Below are positions 31,204-41,514 of a DNA stretch of 64,000 nucleotides, piece by piece. Position 1 is the stretch's first letter. Each line of letters starts with the position of its first letter. A program made the translations under genes and the position numbers. The notes under the pieces were generated by a model that worked only from the letters and a program-made list of their open reading frames with translations, was not told the DNA's origin and made no database searches. The DNA is from Myxococcota bacterium. GTDB lineage: Bacteria; Myxococcota_A; Polyangia; HGW-17. The stretch spans positions 2,575-66,574 of the forward strand of contig JAHJMN010000048.1 of NCBI GenBank assembly GCA_018821305.1, read 5' to 3'.

Positions 31204-32640
31204 CTACTGGCAGTATACAGGACCTGTTGTACAAGACGATGGGCCCGATGGGCATAGTTCAAGGCATTGTGCCGTTTGGGTGCAGTCAAGCGTTGTTTCA
31301 TTGGGAACACAAAGGCTGTACTCCATGCTGTCAACGCTCAGTTGTGTGCACTGGGAATAAAAACCACATTCCGCATTATTATCACAAAAATCCAGACAGT
31401 AACTGAATTCGGAACCGTTCAAAGGAAGACATTTTCCACGTAAACAGTCTGCATCATCGGCGCATATTTCGCATTGAGTCCTGTCTCCACTGGAGTCAAC
31501 ACAGGAACCGGTTCTGGGCACACAGGAATTCTGTTCTGTTGCTGTTTCTTCACAGATGTAACCGTCTGGACAATCTGTATAATATGAACAAGTTGAGGCA
31601 CATATAGAGTTTCCCGATTCAGGTATAAATACACAATTGCTACCGACTTCACACTGCGCATCATATTTACACGGTGAACAAAGCGTGCCATCCCCCGTGC
31701 AACTACGCCATGAATTAAGGCATTGATAGACAGGAGCATCCGTCTCAGCACACTCTCCCGTGCAAGCTGAATCGCAATCAGTTACCCATCTGTCATTTTC
31801 AGTGCAAAGAAAAACTTCAGAACACTCGGAATCAATGGGACATGTGCCACTGACCTGAGGATCACAGTCTGAGCCGCAGAAAGAAGACCCTGACTCATTC
31901 AAAACGCATAAATCCGTTGAAAAACCGCACTGAAAATCAAGATCACAGTCCTCACACCAACCCCTTGGAATGCACCAGGCAGCCTCGGAATCAGCATAGT
32001 TACGACATGTCATATCCGGAGGACATTCTCTGGAAGTTGTACATTCATTGGAGCAAAATGCCCCAGTTTCTGATGCAGGAAAATCATTAAGGCAGGTAAA
32101 TCCAGAAGCACATGTGCCATCCGGACAAGGCTCGCCGGCGGTTCCTTCCCCCTGCTGGAAGTAGATTCCGATGCACCAGTAATCTCCCTCACTCAGTGCA
32201 CAAACGGTTCCGTCAGGGCACTCGGATTGATCTCTGCAGTTAAAAGCACAGATGTTTTCCATGCATTTAATTTCTTTTTGATCCGGGCAGGATTCAGAAT
32301 CCTCACATTCGACGCAATCACTGTCATCATCACACTGGCCACCGGCATCCTGTAAAGGAGCGCAGAAGAAGTTAATGCAACTATACCCCTGTCGGCAGTC
32401 CGAGTTAGCTTCGCAAGATGGAAGACAGTATGCTTCGGTATCATTAAAATCAACGCATACGCCCTGATTACATGGTGCTTGATCATTGCAGACTTCTGTG
32501 CACATTCCATCAGGCAGCCCAATATTACAAACGCCTTCACAGACAGTACTTTCGCTGCATGGTTTACCAAAAGTTTCTTTACCGTCATCATCACAGGAAA
32601 AAACAAAAAATAAGGCAATAATGACTAACAATTTTCTCAT
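31204..32640 (-). CDS. Cys-rich acidic lipoprotein (69 Cys), paralogue of 42932..44398
   Basis: FSCDDD lipobox; 69 Cys counted by hand; ends GPVYCQ. Confidence 0.85.
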   Translation of the reverse strand: MRKLLVIIALFFVFSCDDDGKETFGKPCSESTVCEGVCNIGLPDGMCTEVCNDQAPCNQGVCVDFNDTEAYCLPSCEANSDCRQGYSCINFFCAPLQDAGGQCDDDSDCVECEDSESCPDQKEIKCMENICAFNCRDQSECPDGTVCALSEGDYWCIGIYFQQGEGTAGEPCPDGTCASGFTCLNDFPASETGAFCSNECTTSRECPPDMTCRNYADSEAAWCIPRGWCEDCDLDFQCGFSTDLCVLNESGSSFCGSDCDPQVSGTCPIDSECSEVFLCTENDRWVTDCDSACTGECAETDAPVYQCLNSWRSCTGDGTLCSPCKYDAQCEVGSNCVFIPESGNSICASTCSYYTDCPDGYICEETATEQNSCVPRTGSCVDSSGDRTQCEICADDADCLRGKCLPLNGSEFSYCLDFCDNNAECGFYSQCTQLSVDSMEYSLCVPNETTLDCTQTAQCLELCPSGPSSCTTGPVYCQ

Positions 32641-32786
32641 AAAAATCCTCCGGAAAAGTAAATTTTCGAAGTTGTCAATATTCTAAAACACGATAAACAT
32701 TTGCCCTCTATTGCATTCCGCTTCGCGAAATTGCGTAACTGAGAATCAAATTTTATCAAAAGTGACCATGTTTTAGAAAATTATAC

Positions 32787-34037
32787 TCAGTTTTTTCTGA
32801 ACTGCATAATTCCCGTGATGAGTTTATCAGTTTTGAATATCTTTACAATCACCGCGATAAGAATTCCAGAAAGAATCAGATTATATACGATTCCGGCAAC
32901 TACTGCTCCCCAGGCATCAAAAGTGAGAGAACGCATAGCTGTCATGGGATGTGTAAAAGGAATGGCGTACATAAAATATTTCATTACGAGTGAAACAGTA
33001 TTCAAATCCTTATACATTGTGAAAAACATCGGAATTATTGCAAGGCCCATAATTGGGTATGTGAGGATCTGTGCACTTTTGTAATCTCTTGCCATGATAC
33101 CGAGAAGCATTGCCATAGCGAGGCCGAAAACAAGAGATACAAACAGACTCAGCCCCACAAGTAAGTAGTCAAAAATACTGAGACTGAGACCCAGAGCAGC
33201 CAGGTTTACTGTTCCCGCCTCCAATGATGAAAGATAAAATTTAAAACCAACCAGATAAAGGGCGGCCATAATAAGTCCGACAATTGCACTTCCAAGCAGT
33301 TTACCCATTACAATTGTAGTGCGATTTACGGGCATAGTAAGAAGTGTTTCAAGGGTTTTGTTCTCTTTTTCGAGGCCCATTGATGTAATAACCATTGAAC
33401 CGCCTAGCATCAATATAATAAAAATAGCCATGGGGATTGTCATGGACTGACTTATTAGAACCTGAGCAATTTTGTTAGGGCTAAGTACAGGAATAAGTTT
33501 GTCCCTGTATAGTGTTGATTCAAGCTTCTTTGTAGGAATAAGAATGTTCTTTATTTTATCTTCTTTAATATTGAACTGCTTGTGTAAAATATGGAAAGCA
33601 ATGTTCCTGTTCATCTCCTCCATACTCTTTTCAAGTATGGCACTTCCAATGGTGTCCATGATCCCCGCTCCCCTCATAACCCACTGAATTAAAATATAAC
33701 CCTGATTGCCTTTTTCTAAATCCTTTGAAAAGCCCCGGGGAACCATTACCATTGCAACAGCTTTTTTATGCTTTCTAACTTTCGCGATAGCTAATCCCGA
33801 ATCATCTCCTTCGTAAATAAAATCAGTTTTCTTTCTCAATCCATCAATCAATGCTTTGGACTCACTTGTCTTATCCTGATCAACCAGAGCTATCTTGGGT
33901 TTTTTCTTCGCTTCATCTTTTGATACTCCAATTATTTTTCCCATCGATGCAAAAAGGATAGTTATCCCGATAATTACTGCCAGTGAACTGGGAGTGAGGA
34001 GTTCTTTTATTTCTTTTTTTATAAGATTACCCAGCAT
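32787..34037 (-). CDS. ABC-2 type exporter permease (NatB-like)
   Basis: IKKEIKEL; EKENKTLETLLTMPV...GKLLG; multiple TM. ATG 34037 follows GGGAGG; ORF track starts at 34052. Confidence 0.88.
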   Translation of the reverse strand: MLGNLIKKEIKELLTPSSLAVIIGITILFASMGKIIGVSKDEAKKKPKIALVDQDKTSESKALIDGLRKKTDFIYEGDDSGLAIAKVRKHKKAVAMVMVPRGFSKDLEKGNQGYILIQWVMRGAGIMDTIGSAILEKSMEEMNRNIAFHILHKQFNIKEDKIKNILIPTKKLESTLYRDKLIPVLSPNKIAQVLISQSMTIPMAIFIILMLGGSMVITSMGLEKENKTLETLLTMPVNRTTIVMGKLLGSAIVGLIMAALYLVGFKFYLSSLEAGTVNLAALGLSLSIFDYLLVGLSLFVSLVFGLAMAMLLGIMARDYKSAQILTYPIMGLAIIPMFFTMYKDLNTVSLVMKYFMYAIPFTHPMTAMRSLTFDAWGAVVAGIVYNLILSGILIAVIVKIFKTDKLITGIMQFRKN

Positions 34038-34761
34038 GTTTAACCTCCCCAACTATTTTCATAAAAACCTCTTCAATATTCGGAAGCCCGTATCTTTCTT
34101 TTAGCTCCGAAGGTGTACCTGTTTCTACAATAACTCCCTGATTTATCAGAGCAATCCGATCACACATGTACTCAACTTCAAGCATATTGTGTGAGGACAA
34201 AAGCACACTTCTCTCTTCCGATAATGAGGATTTTATCAACTTCCTGATATCCGTTCCATTTACAACATCAAGGCCACTGGTAGGTTCATCCAGAATTGCA
34301 AGGACTGGCTGCACCATGAGAGCCCTTGCAATAACCAGCCTCCTGGTCATGCCCTTGGAAAAATTTTGGACCTTGTCATTGATGCGATCCCCGAGATTCG
34401 CTATTTCAACACCTCTTTTGACAATGGCATTTACATCCCCACGATCTTTGAAGAAGTTGGCGATGAACTGAAGATATTCATACCCACGAAGATTTTTATA
34501 GATTCCAGCATCTTCGGGAAGATAACTTATGAGCTTCCTGATTTCATCGGGTTTATCCTGCACTTCATTGCCATTAATAACAACTCTACCGGATGTAGAA
34601 GATAAAAGAGTAGAGAGGATTCGAAGTGTTGTGGTTTTACCCGCTCCGTTTGGACCAATGAGTCCAAAAATTTCACCCCTGCCTATTTCAAAACTGATTC
34701 CTTTAACAGCTTCGAAATTTTTATAGGCCTTTTTCAAGTTTTCTACTTTCACTAATTCCAT
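34027..34761 (-). CDS. ABC exporter ATP-binding protein (NatA-like)
   Basis: GPNGAGKTT, FSKGM signature, ILDEPTSGLD, SSH. Confidence 0.93.
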   Translation of the reverse strand: MELVKVENLKKAYKNFEAVKGISFEIGRGEIFGLIGPNGAGKTTTLRILSTLLSSTSGRVVINGNEVQDKPDEIRKLISYLPEDAGIYKNLRGYEYLQFIANFFKDRGDVNAIVKRGVEIANLGDRINDKVQNFSKGMTRRLVIARALMVQPVLAILDEPTSGLDVVNGTDIRKLIKSSLSEERSVLLSSHNMLEVEYMCDRIALINQGVIVETGTPSELKERYGLPNIEEVFMKIVGEVKHAG

Positions 34762-35057
34762 AAGAAAGCTCCATATTCACAGCGGTAAGTGTATGCCACT
34801 TGATGATAGTGCTTATGTCAGATATACAGTTGAGATCCCCGAAAAAAGTCCCCGGCATTTGGTCTGAAATCTAACTGCGAGCACTAAAAACAAGCATAAA
34901 CAATAAAAACAATGAGTTCCGACTAAAATGACATGAAGTACCAATCAAGTCGGATGGGGACTAAGAAAATTTCAGCAAATGGACTATATTAATACCAGTG
35001 TAAAATTACCAGTATTTTTACTTGTTTCATGATTCAAACTGACCTATTTTCTTGTAC

Positions 35058-36158
35058 ATGACTGAAGAAACTCATACCAACACCGTTTGTTTTTATGATG
35101 ATGTTTTCCTTGATCACATTGCGCCCATTGATCATCCGGAATGTCCCGAAAGGCTCCGTAGTGTCATTCAGCAATTGGAAGATTCAGGAACCTGGGATAA
35201 ATTGGACATTAAAAAGCCTCCAAGGGCTGATACAGCCGAAATCGGTGTTGTCCACAAGCCTCAATACATATCCGCTGTTGAGCAGAAACTGATGCGTGGT
35301 ATAAGCGGTTATCTGGATCTTGGGGACACATATTACAGTCCAGGGACATACAACGCTGCTTTTATGGCCGTAGGGGCAGGAATCGAACTTTGCGCTGGCA
35401 TTATGGAATCAAAATGGCTTCGCGGACTTGCTCTTGTGCGACCACCGGGCCATCACGCAGAGAAAGATCAGGCAATGGGATTCTGTCTGTTTAACAATAT
35501 TGCTGTTGCTGCAGCATCAGTTATAAGTCGTTATCCGGATAAAAAAGTCGCAATTATTGATTTTGATGTACATCACGGAAATGGTACACAAAACATCTTC
35601 TATAAAGAAAGTCGGGTCCTGTACTGTTCTATCCATCAATCACCTTTATATCCTGGAACCGGACACATTGATGAAAACGGCTTTGGTGAGGCTTTTGGCA
35701 CAAATATAAATATTCCACTTCCCCCACTCAGCGGTGATGTCGACTGGGTTTACGCTATGATACATGGAATTATTCCAGTAATGGAAAAATTCCAGCCAGA
35801 CATCATTCTGGTCAGTGCCGGGTATGATGCTCATAAGTTGGACCACATTTCTTCTCACACAGTCACAGATAATGGATTTGCTTTACTTCATTCAATCCTC
35901 GTTAAAGCATCTGAAAAATTATGTGAAGGACGTATAGGTGTTTTCATGGAAGGTGGATACCATCTCGGGGCTCTGGCCACAGGCATGAACAACTTTGCTC
36001 AAACTCTATGTAATCACAACGTAATCACTAATTTTAATTTTGAAAATCAACCAGCCCATACGACTGTTGATACTGTTTCTAAAGTGATTGGATACGTCAA
36101 TTCCCGCTGGGATATCAAACTCAAGCCCGATATGGAAGTATCCTACGAACTCTACTGA
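35058..36158 (+). CDS. histone deacetylase family (class II-like) amidohydrolase
   Basis: HPECPERL, RPPGHHA, GFCLFNN, DFDVHHGNGTQ, SAGYDAH, EGGY. Confidence 0.93.
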   Translation: MTEETHTNTVCFYDDVFLDHIAPIDHPECPERLRSVIQQLEDSGTWDKLDIKKPPRADTAEIGVVHKPQYISAVEQKLMRGISGYLDLGDTYYSPGTYNAAFMAVGAGIELCAGIMESKWLRGLALVRPPGHHAEKDQAMGFCLFNNIAVAAASVISRYPDKKVAIIDFDVHHGNGTQNIFYKESRVLYCSIHQSPLYPGTGHIDENGFGEAFGTNINIPLPPLSGDVDWVYAMIHGIIPVMEKFQPDIILVSAGYDAHKLDHISSHTVTDNGFALLHSILVKASEKLCEGRIGVFMEGGYHLGALATGMNNFAQTLCNHNVITNFNFENQPAHTTVDTVSKVIGYVNSRWDIKLKPDMEVSYELY

Positions 36159-36284
36159 AATCTGAGTAATACGATAGTATCCTATTTTCAAGAGAAGTTT
36201 CAGGTCGTAACCATTTAAAGAAGTATAATTCAATTACAATCCTGTTCCGGAAATTTTCCGGCTCTACTATCTTGTGCTTTGCTG

Positions 36285-36408
36285 AAAAAAAAGAATCGGC
36301 GGTGAATTAGAAATGGTTCGTTACTTTAAAGGAGAGATTGAATCCACCGCCGCATGGTGACGGATGCAGAAGGATTTTTTGAGGGAGGAGAGAACCAACT
36401 GCATCCAA
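36285..36408 (-). ncRNA. candidate two-hairpin sRNA with anti-SD loops
   Basis: Minus strand: stem GGATGCAG/CTGCATCC (loop contains TCTCTCCTCCCTC); stem CGGCGGTGGATT/AATTCACCGCCG (loop contains TCTCTCCT); then ATTC and T8. Confidence 0.6.
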
Positions 36409-36414
36409 TTTAAA

Positions 36415-36441
36415 ACATCGGCTGCTTTTTTGAGAAGTTGA
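36415..36441 (-). promoter_or_regulatory. candidate sigma28-type promoter for the sRNA
   Basis: Minus strand TCAA-N15-GCCGATGT, ending 8 nt before the first stem. Confidence 0.55.
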
Positions 36442-36494
36442 AAAAAAATAATTCTTTTTTTACAGATTTGTGTAGATTTACTGACTGGTGCATC

Positions 36495-37652
36495 ATGAAC
36501 ACAATACGACTTCTGATAATAACTATATTTTCAATCACATCATTACTTTCAATTTCCTGCAGAAATGACCCTGCGAAAACAAGAACTGAACCTGAAAAGG
36601 TTAAAAAAAAGCCCCCTCAGGAAGTTAGACCATCACCGGAACCGAAACCTTTTCCAGTTAGTAAAATTCAGAAAACCTTGAGTACGCAATCAAGTGAACT
36701 TATAAAACAATTTCAGTATACTGGAAAAATGGTTAAGTCTGACAAGTTTTGCCACCAGAACGGAGACTTCTTTTTGTGCTTGTCTGGTCATACAACACCT
36801 GAATCTTCATGGCACAAAATCCGAAACATGGTTATCACAACCTGGGATGCAAAAAAGAGCGATATCCACAAGGATCTTTTACTCACTCATGGTTTTCACT
36901 TTTCCGCTCGAAAAGGCGTCTTATCAAAATGTAAAGCAAGATCCACAGTCTATGGTGGATTAACACCTGTGTTGAAACCGTCCACTCATAAGGAAGTAGA
37001 AACTGTTTGGGTAGAATACCCCATTGATTCAAGTACAATTGAGCTCGTCTTTGAGTGTGAAAAAAAAGAGTATGATTTTAAATTAGAAATAACTCAGGCA
37101 CTTAAAGCTCAACTGATTGTTATACAAGAGGAAATAAAAAAACTTATTGGGGCTGCTTCGGAAAAAACGAAAAAAATGGAGGATCTACTTGATCGTACTT
37201 TTCCGATAACACCCCTTGCCACAGATGGTACGGTATCGAAAAATGTAAAGAAGATCATAGCACTACGAAATGCAACTATGGTTGCGTCATTTGTTCTTAC
37301 AATGCTCGACTGGCAGCTCAATTCTCTTGAAAAAAAGAAAATAGCTCCAACCATTTTTAAAATAAAATTAAAGCGATTCGCTGAAAAAGAATATAAATAC
37401 AGCAGAACCAAATTGGTTTTGATTCGTCGTTATATCGAATTAGCAATAAAAACTAATAAGAAGAACTGTATAAAACTCCGCAATCGCCTTAAAACAATGA
37501 AAAACACTGAATATGAATATGGCCGATTAAGCAGGAAGTACGGGCATCATTGCGTCATATATGATGCTGCAGAAAAAGATCTTTTTGAAATATCTCCCCT
37601 GTTTGAATTTATTGAAAAAAGGCGTAAAGGCTGGATTAAGTTTGAATTTTAA
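36495..37652 (+). CDS. hypothetical basic lipoprotein
   Basis: ATG 36495; lipobox LSISC; Pro/Lys linker; helical C-terminus. ORF track starts at 36438. Confidence 0.7.
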   Translation: MNTIRLLIITIFSITSLLSISCRNDPAKTRTEPEKVKKKPPQEVRPSPEPKPFPVSKIQKTLSTQSSELIKQFQYTGKMVKSDKFCHQNGDFFLCLSGHTTPESSWHKIRNMVITTWDAKKSDIHKDLLLTHGFHFSARKGVLSKCKARSTVYGGLTPVLKPSTHKEVETVWVEYPIDSSTIELVFECEKKEYDFKLEITQALKAQLIVIQEEIKKLIGAASEKTKKMEDLLDRTFPITPLATDGTVSKNVKKIIALRNATMVASFVLTMLDWQLNSLEKKKIAPTIFKIKLKRFAEKEYKYSRTKLVLIRRYIELAIKTNKKNCIKLRNRLKTMKNTEYEYGRLSRKYGHHCVIYDAAEKDLFEISPLFEFIEKRRKGWIKFEF

Positions 37653-37664
37653 GCAGTCATTGGT

Positions 37665-37705
37665 CTAAAATCCTTCGCGAGGCGCGTATTACATTACACG
37701 AACTA
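37665..37705. repeat. degenerate B module ending at the stop codon of 37703..39097
   Basis: AAAATCCTTCGCGAGGCG...ACACGAACTA; the terminal CTA is the TAG stop. Confidence 0.65.
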
Positions 37706-39097
37706 ATTACAGGTATCTACAGGGATTCCACCAGACAGGAACACTTCCACTTCCCCAGATGTTAGATTTGTACACCAGACTTCATTGAAAATTCCCGCGA
37801 GAAATTCATCCCCTGCTATCAGAGTTTCCGAGGTACCTTCCCATACAGTCGTATAAAGTATGTCTGTTAGAACTTTTTCCATAAAACTGATATCCATTCC
37901 ACTTCGCTGCATTTCCCGTATATGCGTCAGCATACTTACAAAATCGGGTCTTTCTGCGAAAATTGTAATTGAAGGGGCATCGGGAATTAATTTTGTATAG
38001 AGGTAAGAGAGCATAAATGTATAAACAGATACAGGAAAAACACCATGACTCAGTGGTGTTGTTTCAAGGTCAAGGGGTACGTTATATTTGTAGAAAATTG
38101 GATCAATATAGGGGGCTAATTCAGAAACAAGAGCGACAGACTGGTCAAATGGCACCAGAGTGTCGTGCATTTCGTGATATGTGAGAAAAGGGGTTTCAAT
38201 TCTGCTTTTAAGGTCAGAGTGGGTAAAACCACAAAAATTCCGTGATGCCTCATCTTCGCCTACTGCTGCAAAAATCCGCTGCAGGTAGGGTGCGTAAAAA
38301 TGATCGTATTCTTCAACTTTATCAGGATTTTCAACTCTTTGGGCAATAGTTGTCACATGCTCAACCATCATTTCAAAATCTGATACAGGAAATAAAGCTA
38401 CCCCTGCTGCGGGAACAGCACCTTGTGGTGCATAGGCAGCAGCATAAAGTGATTCAAATCCGCCCCAGGAGCCACCATGAATTCCAATAGCTTCAGGATC
38501 AAATTGTGGAGAATCTGCAATAAACCTGAGAACTGTTGTCATGTCATTGACATCATTTGCAATACTGCCTTCAGTATAAAATCGCCCAAAAGCAGCAATA
38601 AATGCAAATCCATTATAATGATGTATAAATGCCGAGTCTAAAAGGCTCTGCAGAGTAATCGCTCCTCCTCCGGCCGCCGCCTGTTCATCTACAGATTCTC
38701 CTGTCCAATCAATAATATCGTAAGGCATCGTGTAAACAATTACAGGGGCTGCAACGCCTGATAAGGGCGAGTTAACCATAAATGCGTAAGTAGTTTCCAT
38801 ATTTCCCCATTTGAGGCCTAGCATGGAATAGTTCATTTCTCTCCCGTTATGGGTTTCAGTACCTTCTTCTATAATATCAACAACTAAACTATCAACGACA
38901 TATTCAGAGTTTGAAAAACAGGTCGTGTTATTATTATTAACAGTTGTGTTGTTTGAATTATTCGTATTATTGCTATTATTACTCGTGTTGTTCGAATTAT
39001 TACTATTATTTGTGTTATTTAAATTGTTTGAGCTTTGTGAGTTATCGTCACAGCCAGTAAGGAAAACAAATAAAATAAAAGTGAAGTATTTAAGCAT
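37703..39097 (-). CDS. alpha/beta-hydrolase (S9-like) lipoprotein with Asn-rich linker
   Basis: TGCDD lipobox; NN(T/S) repeats; GIHGGSWGG nucleophile; HDTLVP and SHG as likely triad Asp/His. Confidence 0.8.
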   Translation of the reverse strand: MLKYFTFILFVFLTGCDDNSQSSNNLNNTNNSNNSNNTSNNSNNTNNSNNTTVNNNNTTCFSNSEYVVDSLVVDIIEEGTETHNGREMNYSMLGLKWGNMETTYAFMVNSPLSGVAAPVIVYTMPYDIIDWTGESVDEQAAAGGGAITLQSLLDSAFIHHYNGFAFIAAFGRFYTEGSIANDVNDMTTVLRFIADSPQFDPEAIGIHGGSWGGFESLYAAAYAPQGAVPAAGVALFPVSDFEMMVEHVTTIAQRVENPDKVEEYDHFYAPYLQRIFAAVGEDEASRNFCGFTHSDLKSRIETPFLTYHEMHDTLVPFDQSVALVSELAPYIDPIFYKYNVPLDLETTPLSHGVFPVSVYTFMLSYLYTKLIPDAPSITIFAERPDFVSMLTHIREMQRSGMDISFMEKVLTDILYTTVWEGTSETLIAGDEFLAGIFNEVWCTNLTSGEVEVFLSGGIPVDTCN

Positions 39098-39211
39098 TCA
39101 GTAAACCTCCATATTTGAACAGTGTAGTATCAATTTAAAACAAATCAAATCAGAAATCCCTGATTGTATCGTGTCCAAATCTCCCTAGTTTTGGAAATAC
39201 CTGACATTACA

Positions 39212-39278
39212 GCAGTACCCATCCGGACTTAAAAAATTGATGAAAACTTCATTTTTTCGAATTTCGAGACAGTAACTA
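39212..39278. repeat. repeat-family member ending at the DUF819 stop codon
   Basis: Reverse complement TAGTTACTGTCTCGAAATTCGAAAAAATGAAG...CCGGATGGG matches 60291-60350. Confidence 0.7.
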
Positions 39279-40409
39279 ATTGGCTAAAAGCCAGCATATA
39301 TGAGCTGTAAAAAATGCAGCATAATTTCCGACAGAAAAGCCAATAACAGCCAGAAAAACACCGTGAGGGATCTTCTTAGGATTATGGTGAGAGGCAACTA
39401 ATACCGCACTTGCTACACCACCAATGTTCGCTGCACTTCCTAATGCAGCGTCAGTTATACTACCTCTCCAGAGAAATGTCCCGGCTATGATGAACAATCC
39501 GTGGATGATGATCCACAAAAAAGCTGCCAGAAGAAATACTGGAAAAACGCCGGTAATCCCTGAAATATCCGAACGCGCACCCATTGTAGAGATGAAGAAA
39601 TAGAGCAATGCCATGGCCAGGGCATTCATTCCTCTCATTCTTGATACGGTCGTGAACGATAGTACAATAGAGACAGTAGTAATACAAATGTAATGCCATG
39701 TTGTTGTATTAAAAACGGGTTCATAAGTTGGTAAAAAACTGGCAATCAGAAGGGAACCAGAAGCAACGGTAGCTGCAACAGCAAGAGAAGATAGAATATC
39801 TCTGAAATTCAGATTTGTATCTTCAGTTACTGGTTCAGATGTTGTTCTATCAACTTGGTCATCATTAAAAAATTTCCGAAATTTAATCGAGTAAAGAAGT
39901 ACAGGTAGCCAGAAAATAAAAATGATGTTGTCCGCAATAACTGCCGGAGAAAGAGCTGTCTCACCGTTGAGCCCTTGAGCAACCACAGCCATATTTGCTG
40001 TGCCACCAATCCATGAACCAGAGAGAATGGCAACCGTTTTCCATGAATCGGCGGGAAGGAATCCCCTGAAAATGTAAAAAACTGTTATACCTCCAACAAT
40101 CACACCAATGGTTCCCGTAAGCATAATTGCAATGCTTCGAAAGAATGACTTATCGGGTTTCTTGAGAGAAAGGCCCAGCAACAGTAGAACTAGAACCATG
40201 GGCAGTCCATGACTGCCGGCGGCTTTGTAAACGGGAGACTTTGATGGAAGTATTTTCAATGATGTCAAAATCACGGGGATAAGATAAATCCAGATATAGG
40301 GTGGAAACCAATTGAATGCCCGCCATTTAAATCTTGTTTCAAGCCAGTAAACCGACGCGCAGATTCCCAAAAGTACCGCAAGAACGTGAGTCGGCTCGCT
40401 CATCGCCAA
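39276..40409 (-). CDS. DUF819 family membrane protein
   Basis: About 10-12 TM; GSWIGGTANM and SAANIGG motifs. Confidence 0.88.
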   Translation of the reverse strand: MAMSEPTHVLAVLLGICASVYWLETRFKWRAFNWFPPYIWIYLIPVILTSLKILPSKSPVYKAAGSHGLPMVLVLLLLGLSLKKPDKSFFRSIAIMLTGTIGVIVGGITVFYIFRGFLPADSWKTVAILSGSWIGGTANMAVVAQGLNGETALSPAVIADNIIFIFWLPVLLYSIKFRKFFNDDQVDRTTSEPVTEDTNLNFRDILSSLAVAATVASGSLLIASFLPTYEPVFNTTTWHYICITTVSIVLSFTTVSRMRGMNALAMALLYFFISTMGARSDISGITGVFPVFLLAAFLWIIIHGLFIIAGTFLWRGSITDAALGSAANIGGVASAVLVASHHNPKKIPHGVFLAVIGFSVGNYAAFFTAHICWLLAN

Positions 40410-41494
40410 TACTCTTTTATCATCTTAATATCGTCAATTGAAGAGATCCCCAGACCATGATCTCGTGAAATTTCCATTTGCCCAGCACGACATTGTGATC
40501 CGGAGCACACAGGATTATCACGGATCATAACCAGTGGATCCAGGTCGCAAAGAACAAAACTGTTTCTGGAAGCAACAAGGTGGGCCATAGCCCATACACC
40601 CACGGGGGATTCCATCATGCAGCCTGCCATTGATTTAAAGCCTGACAATTCAGACCAATCAGTGATTATTGAAGCAGCTCTAAGACCGCCATATTTTTGA
40701 AGTTTTACATTTATGCCCGATGATATTCTTTCCGTAATGATTTTCATCGCCATCGAAAGAGAATTGGCACTCTCATCGGCAAAAATGCTAATCGATGTTG
40801 CCGCTTTTAATGTTTCCATCCCACGATAATTTGAAAATTCAAGGGGTTGCTCAATCCCTGTTGGCACTATACCAGCATCACTAAGACGCTTAATAACCGA
40901 CAATGCATCATCCAGGTTCCACCCCTGATTTACATCAATAAATAGGGAAACTTTTTCTCCAACTGCTTTATGAACAGAATTGATTCGGGCGAAATCCAGA
41001 TCTGGATTGCCGCCAACCTTGAGTTTCAATAGAGAAAACCCTTCAGAACGGAGTTTTAAAGCATCTTCTGCCATTTCATCTGGAGACAAAAGACTTATCG
41101 TGGCACAAATCGGAAAAGGACGGACACTGCCTCCCAGAAATTCTGCAAGGGGCAATCCTGCTTTTCTGGAAAAAATGTCGTGGAGAGCAATATCCATGGC
41201 AGCGAGGGCAACGTTACTGACTTTTTCGCGATAAATCCCTGAAATAATCCCGTTGAAGTCTTTTTCTATGTCTCCCAACAAAATTTTCGATAGTTTTTCG
41301 AGATCTTTTACAATCGCTTCTTTTTCTGTCCCAGTAATTACTGGAATGACGCACGCATTTCCCCAACCTTCTAATTCGTCACTTCTGATTCGGACCAGAA
41401 TATCTTCGATGACTTCGGTCTGCCGGACAGAAGTTATAAATGGTTTTTTCAGGGGAATTTTCGTTGAAAAAACTGCAATGTTATCTAAAATCAT
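40400..41494 (-). CDS. L-Ala-D/L-Glu dipeptide epimerase (enolase superfamily)
   Basis: KLKVG, DVNQGW, IEQP, ADES, INVKLQKYGG, GCMMES, DLD. Confidence 0.9.
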   Translation of the reverse strand: MILDNIAVFSTKIPLKKPFITSVRQTEVIEDILVRIRSDELEGWGNACVIPVITGTEKEAIVKDLEKLSKILLGDIEKDFNGIISGIYREKVSNVALAAMDIALHDIFSRKAGLPLAEFLGGSVRPFPICATISLLSPDEMAEDALKLRSEGFSLLKLKVGGNPDLDFARINSVHKAVGEKVSLFIDVNQGWNLDDALSVIKRLSDAGIVPTGIEQPLEFSNYRGMETLKAATSISIFADESANSLSMAMKIITERISSGINVKLQKYGGLRAASIITDWSELSGFKSMAGCMMESPVGVWAMAHLVASRNSFVLCDLDPLVMIRDNPVCSGSQCRAGQMEISRDHGLGISSIDDIKMIKEYWR

Positions 41495-41514
41495 TTATTA
41501 CAATCGCTTATTTA

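Noticed and set aside
34845-34963. AGTCCCC/GGGGACT and TCCGACT/AGTCGGA inverted repeats as an att site
   Set aside because: Only 7-bp matches and no integrase; possibly decayed repeat-family copies.
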